From: a virus
Lineage: Duplodnaviria > Caudoviricetes
IMG/VR virus record: IMGVR_UViG_3300021387_000106
Location: 45,801-109,800 of that record
Length of the DNA: 64,000 nt
Direction: 5' to 3' (one strand)
Of this stretch, positions 8,083 to 19,449 are shown one piece after another. Each line of letters starts with the position of its first letter. Position 1 is the first letter of the stretch. The position numbers and the translations under genes were made by a program. The notes beneath the pieces are model-generated. The model was given only the letters and a program-made list of their open reading frames with translations, did not search any database and was not told where the DNA came from.

Positions 8083-11000
8083 TTAGTTTACAGGTTCAGC
8101 ATAATCAATAACCTTCCAATAGATAATTTCCTTTCCATCGTTATCATCTGCTTTCAAACAACACTCCAATTCAACACAATTTCCGTTATGTAGTGTTCCG
8201 CTTGTAGTTGACCCATCAGAATTGTATCTTAGTGTCATTGGTATGTTTTGACCAGATTTGTTGTATATCAACAAGGTCGTTCCAACAAAGGAACGAATAT
8301 CATCAATTTGCTTTGAAGTATATCTTGAAGCCAAATATGCTGACATTAGCGGCAAAGTCAAATATCCATAAGTACCAGTAGAAAGTTCGATGAAACTACC
8401 ACATTTATCAAAATCCAATACGGTAGCACCGGCTATATCGTCACGTTTGTACTGGCTGATATTTGATGTGGTGATAATGGTCTTTTTCTTGCGAATGAAA
8501 CCATTGATAAAACAATCTTTCTGATACGATCTTCCCGTCAGCAGGTCAACTGCAAAGTTTGGTGCAAAACCAAATTCAGTAGCCACTATATTCGACACCT
8601 TGCTACTTCCATTTTCAGAACTACTTGACGTTGTATGTTCAACTCTCAGATAGTAAGTGCCACTCTCCATAACCGTGAAAGTGAGAGTTTTTTCAGTTTC
8701 AGTAAAAGAATCCCATACCAATGAAGCAGCGAATATGTATTCCCATACTCCAGTTGTTGCATTTACCTTGAGCTGATAGAGTTTTAAGTAAACCTTATTA
8801 GTCGAATAGTCGTTGCGATAACCCTTCGCTTTAATAACCAAGTCACGACCCTGCGTAAGTGTCATGCTACCAAAATATCCAGAATCAGCAACATTGTATG
8901 CAAGTGTCTTCGTTACGTCATTAACCTTTATGATTCCGTTTCCCAATGGGTCATTACCATTGAAAGCCATATAAGCAGCAACACCTCCATGAGTGTTACT
9001 ATCATTATAAACCGTTCCGTTAATCGTACCTTTTGCAGAGAAAAGCCAATCTCCGCTAACCACACCTGAACCTAACTTTGCAAAATCAGCAAATAGATAC
9101 TTCGTGCGAAGAAGGTTATAGCGATTCAGCCCTTCCTCCCAATAATCAGTGTCAGAGGGACCGTGATGCACACCGTCGCCATCAACATTAGTGGAAGTCT
9201 TTAGAACATATAGTTTGGTTTCGGTAGAACCTGCAACTGGAACTTCAACAGCAACGGTCTGGGTGTCGTTACTACGATAGATAAATGCCGGATCATATTC
9301 TCCTGCTATATAGCACATCTTTCCAGTATCACCCTTGATACTTTGTCCGTTTATACCATATATTTCTATCTGAATACTCTCACGGGCAACCTCAACACCA
9401 CCGACTCGTAATACAGCAAGGAAGATTTCTTCTTCACTCCACCCTTGATTGTTATACAGCGTAGTAGAGAATGTTCCTGCATTTGAACCAGTTCCAACAC
9501 TAAATTCTCCAGTATTGAAGTTATATACGTCACCATCCTTTTCAATATAGTACAAATCAAGCATGGATGAAGTAAGAGAGGTAAAAACAGTTGTATTACC
9601 GCCCTCTACCTTATATACTTTCCCCTTGATGTTGACGTGCATCTTACCGCCTGAGTAGTTTGGATCGTTGGCAAACACGCTTCCTGCAAGGGAAATTTTA
9701 TAGGTTACAGCATCGTCACCTTTCGCACCATCGTGAGTATGGCTAATGCAAGTACCAGTTATAGAACTTGCGCTAACACTCGTACATTTATATGTTGCAG
9801 TATGCGTAAGCAAAGAATCACTTGCTTTACCAGTAACTACAAAATAATCACCGACACGACACGTAGTTAGGTCGCTATCTCCAGTACGTTTTGAATAACT
9901 CTCAGAATGACCTAATTCAGCATAAGTATTCCAGTTTGCTTCTGTGTATAGATTGTTTCGAGTCAAAGTTAATGCAATGCTATAACCAATATCGCCAGTA
10001 GCACCATTCTGTACACTACCTATTCCTTCTCTATCAAGCAAATTACCATCCTTGCGTAACACCCAATCTATCACACCATCGTAATTGCTATAAAGAGTGA
10101 TTATGTCGTGATAATTGATTTCCGAATCTGCATTACCCATATACGACTGAGTAACTTCCTGCTCAGAGTTGTTTCCTTTTTTATAGAACAATTTAAGTCC
10201 TTCTGTAAAGAATCCCAAAACAGTATTTATCTCAGTTTCGGTATTTCCGACTCGCTTAATAACTTTAAAAGTTATATAGTCTGATAGAGGTGTTCCACTA
10301 TTATCCTTTGTTACTACGTCTGTTGATGGTAATAAACTATACAATGTTACTGGATCACCATTTGCTCCTGCACGTACTCCGTTTAGGATGAAGTGTAATG
10401 TTTGGTCGCCACTGCCAGTACCAGCGATAATGATTGTAATATCGTTGGTTTCTGCAAGAGACTTGTTGTTTTCTACACGAATCCGAATTGTCTTTGCACT
10501 CGAATTAGGAGTAACCTTAATGTTGTTGATTGTTTGTTCGGTGGTTTGTTCAGTGCCATTATTGACCTTGTATGACAACTTTGTTAAGTCCATTGGCGAA
10601 GAGCCGTGCCACAACTTTAGATTGATAGTCTTGTCATAAGCACTCGAAGTGTTTCCGTCATGCGTACACGCAACACTATCTATTTCGTTATCCAAGTCGG
10701 CAAAGTAAGGACTCGTACCATCAGTACCATCAGTAATAAGACCGATAGTTTCCCTATCTACGACAACATTATTAACACGAAGGATAAAAACAACATTACT
10801 CGTAACCTGATTAACCTTAATACTTGTTGCCGTGTAATCAGTTTCACTACCACCATTAAGGCTGTATTTCAGAGAATACTCAGAAGCAGCAGGAGTACTT
10901 TGCGTACCACCAACATTCTTCGTTACGTCACAAGTAATATAAGTGTTGCCAGTAGGAACGTAGGTATTATCTTTCTTCTTTACGATTTCCTTAATACTTG

Positions 11001-12006
11001 GTACTAAGCGATACAAAGCGGCATGGTCGCCATTGAGGGAAGCACGTACACCATTGACCTTGAAATAAAGGTTACGAGTAATTGTCTCACCATCAACAGT
11101 AGCAGTAAGCGTAATACAGAACGTGGTGACATTTGCTAAAGTTGGAGTAGTCGAGAACTTAACCTTAATATTACCAGTAGTATTATTCCAAGTAATCGTT
11201 ATTCCACCTTTGGCAGTTCCATTGGTATATGCAGCACCAGACGGACTATCATCACGAACTGATATAGTTGGTGTTAGCTTAGTAGAACCATGATAGAGAG
11301 AAACATTTGTTTCAACAGTTTGGTCACTCGAAGGTTTTCCGTCATGCGTACACGCAACACTATCTATTTCGTTATCCAAGTCGGCAAAGTAAGGAGAAAT
11401 GCCATCCTCCAAGAGCTTCGTTGCAGGGTCGCTCCACTCCGACGCATTGATAACGTCAGTATTGCCGTTGCTGACAGCCATTGCCTGACGTACCCAACAA
11501 GGATAATGATTATTGTCAGTAGCAGGAATTTGCGTACTCCAACCATTCAAAGTGCCTGAAAGCGTACCAGCCTCAGTACTACCTACTTTCTTGAAATAAT
11601 AGGTAGCACCATCGGCAGGCTTATCAGTCGGCTGCGTCTTATTGCGCTTGTAGATGAATACTGGAGCAGAATTTACACCGTCAGCAACATACTCCACTGG
11701 AGTACTCCAATCAGATGCAGCAATATCATCAGTGTCAGACTGACTACGAGCAATAGCCATGATAACATACAACTTTGTTCCTGCAACCGTCTCAGGGATA
11801 GACTGACTCCAACCATTATAATAAGACGACGCACCCGAAACCCTACCAGTACTGAAAGTATATGTTAGAGTACCAGTAGGGCGGTCATTATTTGTCAAAG
11901 CAGTAGCCGAACGACGATAAAGGGCAACTTGGGCTGTGTTATAACCGTTATCGCCATTATTACCGTCGATAACACCTTCAAATACAATGCCTCCTGATGC
12001 TTTCAT
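8083..12006 (-). CDS. Large tail-fibre/tail-tip protein with internal domain duplications
   Basis: 1307 aa, beta-rich; repeated SPYFADLDNEIDSVACTHDG...NGVRA...LY.L.PS module and GxxG linkers. Confidence 0.75.
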   Translation of the reverse strand: MKASGGIVFEGVIDGNNGDNGYNTAQVALYRRSATALTNNDRPTGTLTYTFSTGRVSGASSYYNGWSQSIPETVAGTKLYVIMAIARSQSDTDDIAASDWSTPVEYVADGVNSAPVFIYKRNKTQPTDKPADGATYYFKKVGSTEAGTLSGTLNGWSTQIPATDNNHYPCWVRQAMAVSNGNTDVINASEWSDPATKLLEDGISPYFADLDNEIDSVACTHDGKPSSDQTVETNVSLYHGSTKLTPTISVRDDSPSGAAYTNGTAKGGITITWNNTTGNIKVKFSTTPTLANVTTFCITLTATVDGETITRNLYFKVNGVRASLNGDHAALYRLVPSIKEIVKKKDNTYVPTGNTYITCDVTKNVGGTQSTPAASEYSLKYSLNGGSETDYTATSIKVNQVTSNVVFILRVNNVVVDRETIGLITDGTDGTSPYFADLDNEIDSVACTHDGNTSSAYDKTINLKLWHGSSPMDLTKLSYKVNNGTEQTTEQTINNIKVTPNSSAKTIRIRVENNKSLAETNDITIIIAGTGSGDQTLHFILNGVRAGANGDPVTLYSLLPSTDVVTKDNSGTPLSDYITFKVIKRVGNTETEINTVLGFFTEGLKLFYKKGNNSEQEVTQSYMGNADSEINYHDIITLYSNYDGVIDWVLRKDGNLLDREGIGSVQNGATGDIGYSIALTLTRNNLYTEANWNTYAELGHSESYSKRTGDSDLTTCRVGDYFVVTGKASDSLLTHTATYKCTSVSASSITGTCISHTHDGAKGDDAVTYKISLAGSVFANDPNYSGGKMHVNIKGKVYKVEGGNTTVFTSLTSSMLDLYYIEKDGDVYNFNTGEFSVGTGSNAGTFSTTLYNNQGWSEEEIFLAVLRVGGVEVARESIQIEIYGINGQSIKGDTGKMCYIAGEYDPAFIYRSNDTQTVAVEVPVAGSTETKLYVLKTSTNVDGDGVHHGPSDTDYWEEGLNRYNLLRTKYLFADFAKLGSGVVSGDWLFSAKGTINGTVYNDSNTHGGVAAYMAFNGNDPLGNGIIKVNDVTKTLAYNVADSGYFGSMTLTQGRDLVIKAKGYRNDYSTNKVYLKLYQLKVNATTGVWEYIFAASLVWDSFTETEKTLTFTVMESGTYYLRVEHTTSSSSENGSSKVSNIVATEFGFAPNFAVDLLTGRSYQKDCFINGFIRKKKTIITTSNISQYKRDDIAGATVLDFDKCGSFIELSTGTYGYLTLPLMSAYLASRYTSKQIDDIRSFVGTTLLIYNKSGQNIPMTLRYNSDGSTTSGTLHNGNCVELECCLKADDNDGKEIIYWKVIDYAEPVN
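10652..11395. repeat. Perfect 60-bp direct repeat (10652-10711 = 11336-11395)
   Basis: TTTCCGTCATGCGTACACG...CAAAGTAAGGA is identical in both copies, 684 bp apart and in frame. Confidence 0.9.
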
Positions 12007-12024
12007 GTATGTTTCTTTAATTGA

Positions 12025-13290
12025 TTAGAACTCTGATGATTGAGCGTGAATCTTAACAGGACGTTGTACCTTGTTGCCGTTCGCATCCGTCAGAATCACG
12101 TCCTGATAGCGGAGTGAGCAATAAGTCTGACCTGATGTAGAAGGAACACCAGGCAAATCGCTGATTGTCTCTCCAGTATTGGCATCGTCAGCATTGAACG
12201 TCCAAGTAACGTTTGCGGCACTACTGCCTTCGGGGAACGTGTCTCCCTTATCGGTGTAAAGTTTCGGGAAGATGTACTTCGTCTGTCCTGTCCTCATACG
12301 GAAATGAGGTTCAAGACCAGTCAGTTCAGTACCGCCAGTACCAGCGACATTATCACAGATAAGCCACTTTACAGCGTAAGGGTCTGACAAGTCATAAACG
12401 GCAGAAGTACCACTTGCGAGTTCATTGCCTGATGCGTCATAAACACGGCAACGAATCGTCATAAGACAATCTACTGCCTCAGGCCCGATTGTAATCAAGT
12501 CGCCTGCTACTGCACTCTGACCTATCGTAATACCAGGAGTACCGCCAGTTGCGCTATGGTCTTTCAGTTCAACTTCCGTCGGGCCTGTAATGTCGAAGAA
12601 CTTGAATACTACACCAGTCAGTTCAGACGTATTGACTGCAACACCATTGTAGTAGAGTCGAGCCAAACGCTGAGTTGACTGAATAGAATTGTTGTTGTTC
12701 GTCATTATGAACTTTGGAACATTCAACGGAACGTGAAGTTCAACTGAATATCCTGCATTTGCATCAGCAATAGGACGGATTGCAATATCCTTACCGATTT
12801 CAGAGAAACTAATTTGACCGCCACTGCTAACAACAGTACCATCAAAGGAAATGCGGTCATCATCAGGATTCAGAACAGCATCGGCAGGATTGCCAATGAA
12901 CATAATACAAGGAATATCAGTGCCACCATAGCTATATGTGGTACGCATCAACAAACCTTCAACACCGCCCTGACTCGTAGAAATACCAGTCTCGCCATCG
13001 AAACCAACAACAGCATCGTTATAGCGAACGGCAGTAATGTTGAGAGTGTTGGTAATATCCTGACCGCTACTTGTATCATAAGCACGGATGATGATTCGAG
13101 GTAGCGTAGCTTTCTCTTCTGCTGTACCATGCTGCCAAATGTTAGCCCAATCTGGAGTACATTTCGCTTCATCGTAATACTGAGTAAGCGATACTGGATT
13201 ACCACTGGCATCAACAACAGCAATGTCATAAACAACGGTAGTTCCGTCGATAACGCCTGACAATACCAGGCCTGCATTAACTCTATTCAT
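12025..13290 (-). CDS. Minor tail/structural protein
   Basis: 421 aa, beta-rich, within the tail operon. Confidence 0.6.
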   Translation of the reverse strand: MNRVNAGLVLSGVIDGTTVVYDIAVVDASGNPVSLTQYYDEAKCTPDWANIWQHGTAEEKATLPRIIIRAYDTSSGQDITNTLNITAVRYNDAVVGFDGETGISTSQGGVEGLLMRTTYSYGGTDIPCIMFIGNPADAVLNPDDDRISFDGTVVSSGGQISFSEIGKDIAIRPIADANAGYSVELHVPLNVPKFIMTNNNNSIQSTQRLARLYYNGVAVNTSELTGVVFKFFDITGPTEVELKDHSATGGTPGITIGQSAVAGDLITIGPEAVDCLMTIRCRVYDASGNELASGTSAVYDLSDPYAVKWLICDNVAGTGGTELTGLEPHFRMRTGQTKYIFPKLYTDKGDTFPEGSSAANVTWTFNADDANTGETISDLPGVPSTSGQTYCSLRYQDVILTDANGNKVQRPVKIHAQSSEF

Positions 13291-13291
13291 A

Positions 13292-13477
13292 CTACTTTAC
13301 TCCTTTCGTGACTTTTGAGCGAAGTTCATTAAGAACTGCTGAGTTTGGTACTAAGGTAACTCCTTCAAGGGCTCCCATCGTTCTTGCCTCACGTCCGCTA
13401 ACGATAGCACGACCATCAGGCATTGTCTCATAATGTCGGTCTTTGGGTAATCGTGACCTTTCAATCAGTATATACAT
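13292..13477 (-). CDS. Small tail-operon protein
   Basis: Fills the gap between neighbouring tail genes with tight spacing. Confidence 0.55.
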   Translation of the reverse strand: MYILIERSRLPKDRHYETMPDGRAIVSGREARTMGALEGVTLVPNSAVLNELRSKVTKGVK

Positions 13478-13495
13478 ATCTCTTAATTTTTAGTT

Positions 13496-14815
13496 TTAAT
13501 TGAATGTGGGTGCAATGACAAACTGATTATCCTCAACAACCTTTTCGCCACCATGAACTACCACAGAACAGCCGTTGTAAGTGGAAACATCAGCAAACAC
13601 AGAGTAACCTTCCGGGAAGGAGAAACCTTTATCTTTCGGGATAAAGGAGAGATTGGGTGCAGTACCCATACTATAAATAGTGCCAGTTTTCAAGTCCTGA
13701 GCTTTCCAATGAACACGGAACAGACAAAGTTTGTTCTGAGGAACTGGCTTGCTGTTATACATGATATTCATTTCAAAGGATGCAGGAATACTCATTTCAG
13801 TATCTTGCTTTGCACCAGTCAATTGTACGGGGTCTGCCTGCAACGTGTCATTCAGAGACATTGTAAGCTGTGTGGCATAGAATGGATTGATTTCCGATAA
13901 AGGACTCTTCCATTCGTCAGTTTCTTCTTTCCAACAGCCATAACAGCGAACACGGAACTTCGTATGAATCATACGAGCGTCGAGTGTCAATATCTTTGTC
14001 TTAACACCAGTAAGGCGATATGTCTCTATTTCTTCATCGGTAAATGGTCGCCAACCAGTAACGGCTGTGCTATCCTCAGTAACCCACAAGTAACTTGCAT
14101 TGGCATCGGCAACGTTTCCGTCAACACCAACCAACTGCGCCTTGATTGTGCGAGTCCAAGGAATATCAAGAATGGTGCTTCCTGATGGGATAGTGTCAGT
14201 GAATGACAATGGATCAAGCAATACTTCATCACCACTATCACCTTTCATGACTGTCATTTCGGTATTGTAAACCTCAGTGCTAAAGTCAATACTACGCTCT
14301 ACTCTAACCGTCAGTCCAGTGCGTACATCTGTAAATTTCAATACGGCATAGATGGGAATAGCAGTAAGCTGTGGCACATTCCGATGTACTATCAAGCACA
14401 TATCGGGTACATTGTCACACCAAGGCGCATCACTTCCATCACTAATCAGATAATTCTCAGAACGCCATGCGGCTTCATGTGTCAACTCTCCAGTCTCAGG
14501 GTCGTAAATATCAACATCGTCGAGTATTTCCTGAGAGGGATTAACAATACGTCCAGTCTGATAGTCGCCATCTATCGGCATTTGCGTGTACCACTCAATA
14601 CCAGTAAGGGTAGCCCACCCATTCATTAAGTTGGCAGGGTCGTTTACGAATACCTTACCACCGAGAATACAAGGAACCCACTTTCTATCGTCCTCGTAGG
14701 TTTTCTCAGTAGTATAGTACATTTGTCGTACACTGCCACCAAGAACGGCAATCTCCGCACTTAAAGAAAGCGCGTCGAAAACTTGGTCGTTGGTATTTGT
14801 TCTACTTTTTATCAT
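13496..14815 (-). CDS. Minor tail/structural protein
   Basis: 439 aa, within the tail operon. Confidence 0.6.
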   Translation of the reverse strand: MIKSRTNTNDQVFDALSLSAEIAVLGGSVRQMYYTTEKTYEDDRKWVPCILGGKVFVNDPANLMNGWATLTGIEWYTQMPIDGDYQTGRIVNPSQEILDDVDIYDPETGELTHEAAWRSENYLISDGSDAPWCDNVPDMCLIVHRNVPQLTAIPIYAVLKFTDVRTGLTVRVERSIDFSTEVYNTEMTVMKGDSGDEVLLDPLSFTDTIPSGSTILDIPWTRTIKAQLVGVDGNVADANASYLWVTEDSTAVTGWRPFTDEEIETYRLTGVKTKILTLDARMIHTKFRVRCYGCWKEETDEWKSPLSEINPFYATQLTMSLNDTLQADPVQLTGAKQDTEMSIPASFEMNIMYNSKPVPQNKLCLFRVHWKAQDLKTGTIYSMGTAPNLSFIPKDKGFSFPEGYSVFADVSTYNGCSVVVHGGEKVVEDNQFVIAPTFN

Positions 14816-14827
14816 ATCTTGTCAATT

Positions 14828-17800
14828 TTAGAATACATAATCGGCGGGCATCGTTACTACTTGCCCCTCGTAACTGAATGATACGGTGCAACTGATAAGG
14901 ACTTTTCGGTATGTTATCATCCATCCGCTACCCATATCGCTGCGTACAACCTTAATCTTGTTAGTTCCAACGATTGTAGGAGTCCACGACAAATCTTCAC
15001 TCTGCTGCACAAACTCTTCTGTTACGCTATTATAGCCAGTAGAACGTTTCCATGCAATAGAGTAGTCAACGGCAGTTAATATCTGGTCTGTGATTTCCTC
15101 GTCACCAAACCATATACGCATAGTCAGAACAGTATCAATATTGCCGTTACTGAATGTGCGTCCGTTACTTGTCGTAATCTCACCTTTGTAAATAGCATCA
15201 CCACCAATAGCCTGCCAGTGAGTGCATCCCCAATGTGGCTCTTGTGTAGTTCCGTCGACAAGGCATTCCCATAAAATGCCATAGTTCCAACCCCTGCTTA
15301 TCTCTAAGTCAACTTTCAAGACTTTCATCATCTGCTCATGCAGTTGCTCGTCAGAAAGTGATGCAAATGCAGGATTATTGCGGTACAGCCTCCACATCGC
15401 CATTGTATAAGTCTTGAAATGATAGGGGTCGAAAATTTGGCTACCATTATAATCAATGGTTGGCTGTGGAATAGAGCTATCTGGGGCTACCCACTGACCT
15501 CTATCCTCTTTGATGATTTTCGCAGGATAGTTGGCAGCGTGTTGGTTGTCATAGAAAATGGTATTGACATACAACGACGGCAATTCCACATTCCAAAGCG
15601 GGTTGCCCTGTTGGTCATGCGGAAGGTTTGCCAAGTCAGGAAGAATACCAAGACAAAGAGCATAGTTGTTATCCTCAATGATTGGCTTGTCAACATTCCA
15701 AAAGAAGCTCAGTCGCTTATCGGTTGTAGAGAGAACCCATGACTGCTGCCTACCTAACTGGATTTTCTTTACAGAATCGCTATAAGAAGTCGGGTCGTCG
15801 CCGTTCTCCAGTCCGTCAGCAATATTACCACGTCTCGTAAGCGTGATGATTTTCTCGTAACCATCAGGATAGTTGGTATAATCTTCAAGCAATGCCTCTG
15901 TGTAGTCATCCGTAATCTCAGTACCAAGGAATGTGAAGTTTTTGGCTCCTGGCACTTCGGGGTCGCCATTGGGCTTCACACCATTGTAAGGTACAACCTT
16001 CATCGTGTTATTCGTGAGGTCAACACTTACAACTCTGACATAGCAAGTATAGTATGTTCCGTGGTCGAGTAAGTCATTTATCTTAGCGTAGAGAATATCA
16101 CCCGGATAGAAAGGAGTATGGTCGTTATCGTGGTCTTTGTGCATTGTAAGAACCATACGCTGACCATTATCAGAGAAATCTACCCTCTCTGTTGTATCGC
16201 CCTCAGTAAACGAATAGTCTGACTCCATCAACTGCAAGCGGTTGATGATAAGTTCCATGATTCTCAAAAATCCTCTGAACTCGCCTCCGTCTGCTTCGAT
16301 AACGCCTGATTTGGCATCCATCCAAATGCCATTACCATCAATAAAGCCTTGACGCGCATCCTTAGACTTTGCGATTCTGTCAAAGATAATATCAAGGAAT
16401 GTGGAATTGCCATCTGCGGTAATGCCATAACGCTCGCCACCGCCAACAAGAATACCATTCAAGAAGGTAATCAGTCCTGCTGCAACGTCATCAGTCAGTT
16501 TCGACAAGAAATATTCCTGTCCGTAACGCTTGATGAAAGCATTAATCTGAGATGCGCTGTAACCGCCACCGCCATTATATACATAGGAAGAAAGGCTGTT
16601 TACTTGCTGCTGAACACGCTGCAACGAACCAACTTGTTTGTCATTTCTCAGAACAACTTCATAAGTAGGTACTCCGTTATTGCCATTCTCCTTGATAGTA
16701 ATATTGTCGATGAATACGCTTCCTTCAACGTCCAAGTCCTCGTCATTGAACAGCATGAGCATACCAGCCTTTAGCGTATCATGCAGACTGATAGTAGTTA
16801 AAGGATTCTGTTGCGCCCTCTCATGCTGACGTGCCATGAATATTTCATCTATCTTTGGAAGATAGGTAAAGCGAGTATAGTTATTGTTGAGAAGCCAGTA
16901 AATAGACTTACGCAACATCTTCACGCTTGCAGCCCATATATAGCTGCTATCGGATATATCAATATCCAAAAGCACAAAGTGGTCGCCAACACGAATCTGA
17001 TATGCTTCATCGGCTCTTGCAGCCTCACCAATTGCTGCGTGAGAGGAATAAGGAAACCAAAGGTCAAGTGCATCATCGTGATAACGATCCAAAGTCAGAA
17101 TCCAACCATTGTTGCCATCCTTCACGATGTTCTTTACTTCGAAATCCCTTGCACCGCAATAGCCATCCTTCATAGAGATAGTAAGGCTACCAGTGTTTTC
17201 AACAGCCTCTTCAAGGTCGAAGCCAATATCTTTGAGTTTGATTTTAAACGGCTCAATTTCTGCTTCTGGCTCAAAAACACCATTATCTTGAATGACATCA
17301 GCAGAACGGATTTCATCAAGACGTTCAGTAGATGAAGTGCCGAACACGTCACCAACTGTCAAACCTTCAATGCTTGGGTAAACCTCTTGCAGTCCATTAT
17401 CGTCATTTTCCTCGTTGAACTGGATATTACCCTCTTTGATTCCTATTTCGTCCGCATTGCCACTTGTAATATAAGGACGCAAACGTTCATTAGAGAAACG
17501 AAGGATATGCTCACCCTCAATGTTCATAAGAGGCTCACCCCATGCAGTTTCAGGATTCTTCCTCACATAGACATGAGTGATACCATCAACAATTTCAGTC
17601 TTACACAACTCACTGAGTGCATATCTTGGGAAACCAGGGAGCATAAGGGTATTGACCGCCATATTGTTAGGCATACCATATTCGGCATAGTCTATATGGT
17701 TTGTAGGCCAATAATTCTTATCTATACCACTCTTGATGATAACCTTATCGCCAACCTTGATAGCTGCAACGAAGCCGTTCATCTGTTCAGGGCTACGCTC

Positions 17801-18907
17801 GTCTCTGTCATCATGGTCTGGGTCTGAACATTCTGCATACAGACGACATCTATTATCTGAACTTGTATATTTGGTGACATAGCCTTTAATGGTATATCCG
17901 TTAGCTTCCATCGTAATGATGTAGTAAGGAGATTCATCATCACCTGGATAATCAGAAGAACGCTTTGTAAACAGAATAGCCGAAAAATCTATATCAAAGA
18001 GTAATTCAACTCCAATATAGCCACTAACAGAGTTGTACTTGTTCTTAATCTCTACAACGTTTAAGTAGAATTGCTTGTTCAAGTCGGCATAATAGCGGAT
18101 AGGCAAATTCTTGTCAGAACCATAAGCAAACAATCTCGTTACTACTTGTTGGTCTTGTTCTGCCTTACGCTCAATGGCATAAAGTCCTTTGTTCTTTCCG
18201 TATCGGAAAACGTGGTCGACGGGCAAACCCTCACCACCGACAATCAAAGCACGACCTTTAGTAATGAAATTCAGTCCGAAATTATTCTTGATGAACTCCA
18301 ATCCCTGACTTACCGAAATCTTGTCAACTGAGATATTCACATTGAACTTCTCATTATCAACGGCAGCAGTCGGGTTGCTATGGTCTGTACCAAAAGTTTG
18401 CTCCCATAAAGCGATTGCAGCAGCTTTCTTTGTGGGATTGTCGGCATATCGTTGAATGGTTCGGTTATAGTTGGGAGTGATATAAAGCCATTCGCTATTG
18501 TAGCGGTCTGTATTGGCTTGCAGTCTATCTACAAGGTCATCTATGGTTTCCGCATAGAATGAGAAAGTAGGCAGACTGGTATAGTGTATGTTGTTATCGT
18601 ACAGAACAACATCAAGAAAGCGCACCTCAGACAATTCGGCTGAACGTGCGGACATCTTAACATTCTCGTACTTGAAAGCCTCGCCATTGCTACTTTTACG
18701 GGCTTGCTTCAATGCAGAAGGTAAAGTGTAGATACTATAAACGTCATCACGATATATCAGATAATCGCCTATCTCCAGTTCAATAGGTGTAGGCGAAGTA
18801 ATCTTGATTGTAACATATTCCTCGCCCATCCAAATATCGTGATACTCCAAGTCGGTTGCAATGTACTTTACAACTCCACTCTTGTTATATATCGTCCACT
18901 TCTCCAT
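14828..18907 (-). CDS. Tail-tip/baseplate hub protein
   Basis: FRYGKNKGLYAIER...VVTRLFAYGSDKNLP resembles siphophage tail-tip hub proteins; follows the Dit-like gene. Confidence 0.7.
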   Translation of the reverse strand: MEKWTIYNKSGVVKYIATDLEYHDIWMGEEYVTIKITSPTPIELEIGDYLIYRDDVYSIYTLPSALKQARKSSNGEAFKYENVKMSARSAELSEVRFLDVVLYDNNIHYTSLPTFSFYAETIDDLVDRLQANTDRYNSEWLYITPNYNRTIQRYADNPTKKAAAIALWEQTFGTDHSNPTAAVDNEKFNVNISVDKISVSQGLEFIKNNFGLNFITKGRALIVGGEGLPVDHVFRYGKNKGLYAIERKAEQDQQVVTRLFAYGSDKNLPIRYYADLNKQFYLNVVEIKNKYNSVSGYIGVELLFDIDFSAILFTKRSSDYPGDDESPYYIITMEANGYTIKGYVTKYTSSDNRCRLYAECSDPDHDDRDERSPEQMNGFVAAIKVGDKVIIKSGIDKNYWPTNHIDYAEYGMPNNMAVNTLMLPGFPRYALSELCKTEIVDGITHVYVRKNPETAWGEPLMNIEGEHILRFSNERLRPYITSGNADEIGIKEGNIQFNEENDDNGLQEVYPSIEGLTVGDVFGTSSTERLDEIRSADVIQDNGVFEPEAEIEPFKIKLKDIGFDLEEAVENTGSLTISMKDGYCGARDFEVKNIVKDGNNGWILTLDRYHDDALDLWFPYSSHAAIGEAARADEAYQIRVGDHFVLLDIDISDSSYIWAASVKMLRKSIYWLLNNNYTRFTYLPKIDEIFMARQHERAQQNPLTTISLHDTLKAGMLMLFNDEDLDVEGSVFIDNITIKENGNNGVPTYEVVLRNDKQVGSLQRVQQQVNSLSSYVYNGGGGYSASQINAFIKRYGQEYFLSKLTDDVAAGLITFLNGILVGGGERYGITADGNSTFLDIIFDRIAKSKDARQGFIDGNGIWMDAKSGVIEADGGEFRGFLRIMELIINRLQLMESDYSFTEGDTTERVDFSDNGQRMVLTMHKDHDNDHTPFYPGDILYAKINDLLDHGTYYTCYVRVVSVDLTNNTMKVVPYNGVKPNGDPEVPGAKNFTFLGTEITDDYTEALLEDYTNYPDGYEKIITLTRRGNIADGLENGDDPTSYSDSVKKIQLGRQQSWVLSTTDKRLSFFWNVDKPIIEDNNYALCLGILPDLANLPHDQQGNPLWNVELPSLYVNTIFYDNQHAANYPAKIIKEDRGQWVAPDSSIPQPTIDYNGSQIFDPYHFKTYTMAMWRLYRNNPAFASLSDEQLHEQMMKVLKVDLEISRGWNYGILWECLVDGTTQEPHWGCTHWQAIGGDAIYKGEITTSNGRTFSNGNIDTVLTMRIWFGDEEITDQILTAVDYSIAWKRSTGYNSVTEEFVQQSEDLSWTPTIVGTNKIKVVRSDMGSGWMITYRKVLISCTVSFSYEGQVVTMPADYVF

Positions 18908-18920
18908 TGGCTATACAGGT

Positions 18921-19433
18921 TTATGATACAACAAGAAAGTGTTCGTCAAGAGTAGTCACGGGGTCTGTAACACGGAACTTTACCTTGAAACTGGCAATGG
19001 CATTGGGGTTTACGTCATCATAGAAATACATATCATTGGAAATATCCTTAACATAGATACCCCTTCGCCCAATTTTGGTGTACTCGTCATAAATGGCAAG
19101 CATGACTCCAGCAGTACTACCACTACTATCAGAGATATAGTCGATGAAGTTTCTGAGGTCTGATGAAATATCAGCCTCTACACCATCATACAAGAAAGTC
19201 ACATCTATATCATAAGCCTGGAACTTCAATCCATCCTTTGAAATGAAAACATCTTCGCCATCTTCATCTTTCCAGTCTCTCGTAGCCAACTCCTTAGTCT
19301 TTGGCTTGTGCATGAATGGCATTTCCTGACAAAGGACGTGATACTTCTGATATACATCAACAACGTCACCAACGTTCGTATAGTTAGTGCCGTCAAAAGT
19401 TTGTTTCTGTATAAGTATCTTCTTTGGTTCCAT
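18921..19433 (-). CDS. Distal tail (Dit-like) protein
   Basis: Position after the tape measure; DWKDEDGED...FKVKFRVTDP pattern. Confidence 0.55.
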   Translation of the reverse strand: MEPKKILIQKQTFDGTNYTNVGDVVDVYQKYHVLCQEMPFMHKPKTKELATRDWKDEDGEDVFISKDGLKFQAYDIDVTFLYDGVEADISSDLRNFIDYISDSSGSTAGVMLAIYDEYTKIGRRGIYVKDISNDMYFYDDVNPNAIASFKVKFRVTDPVTTLDEHFLVVS

Positions 19434-19449
19434 CGTTTAAAACTTTGCG

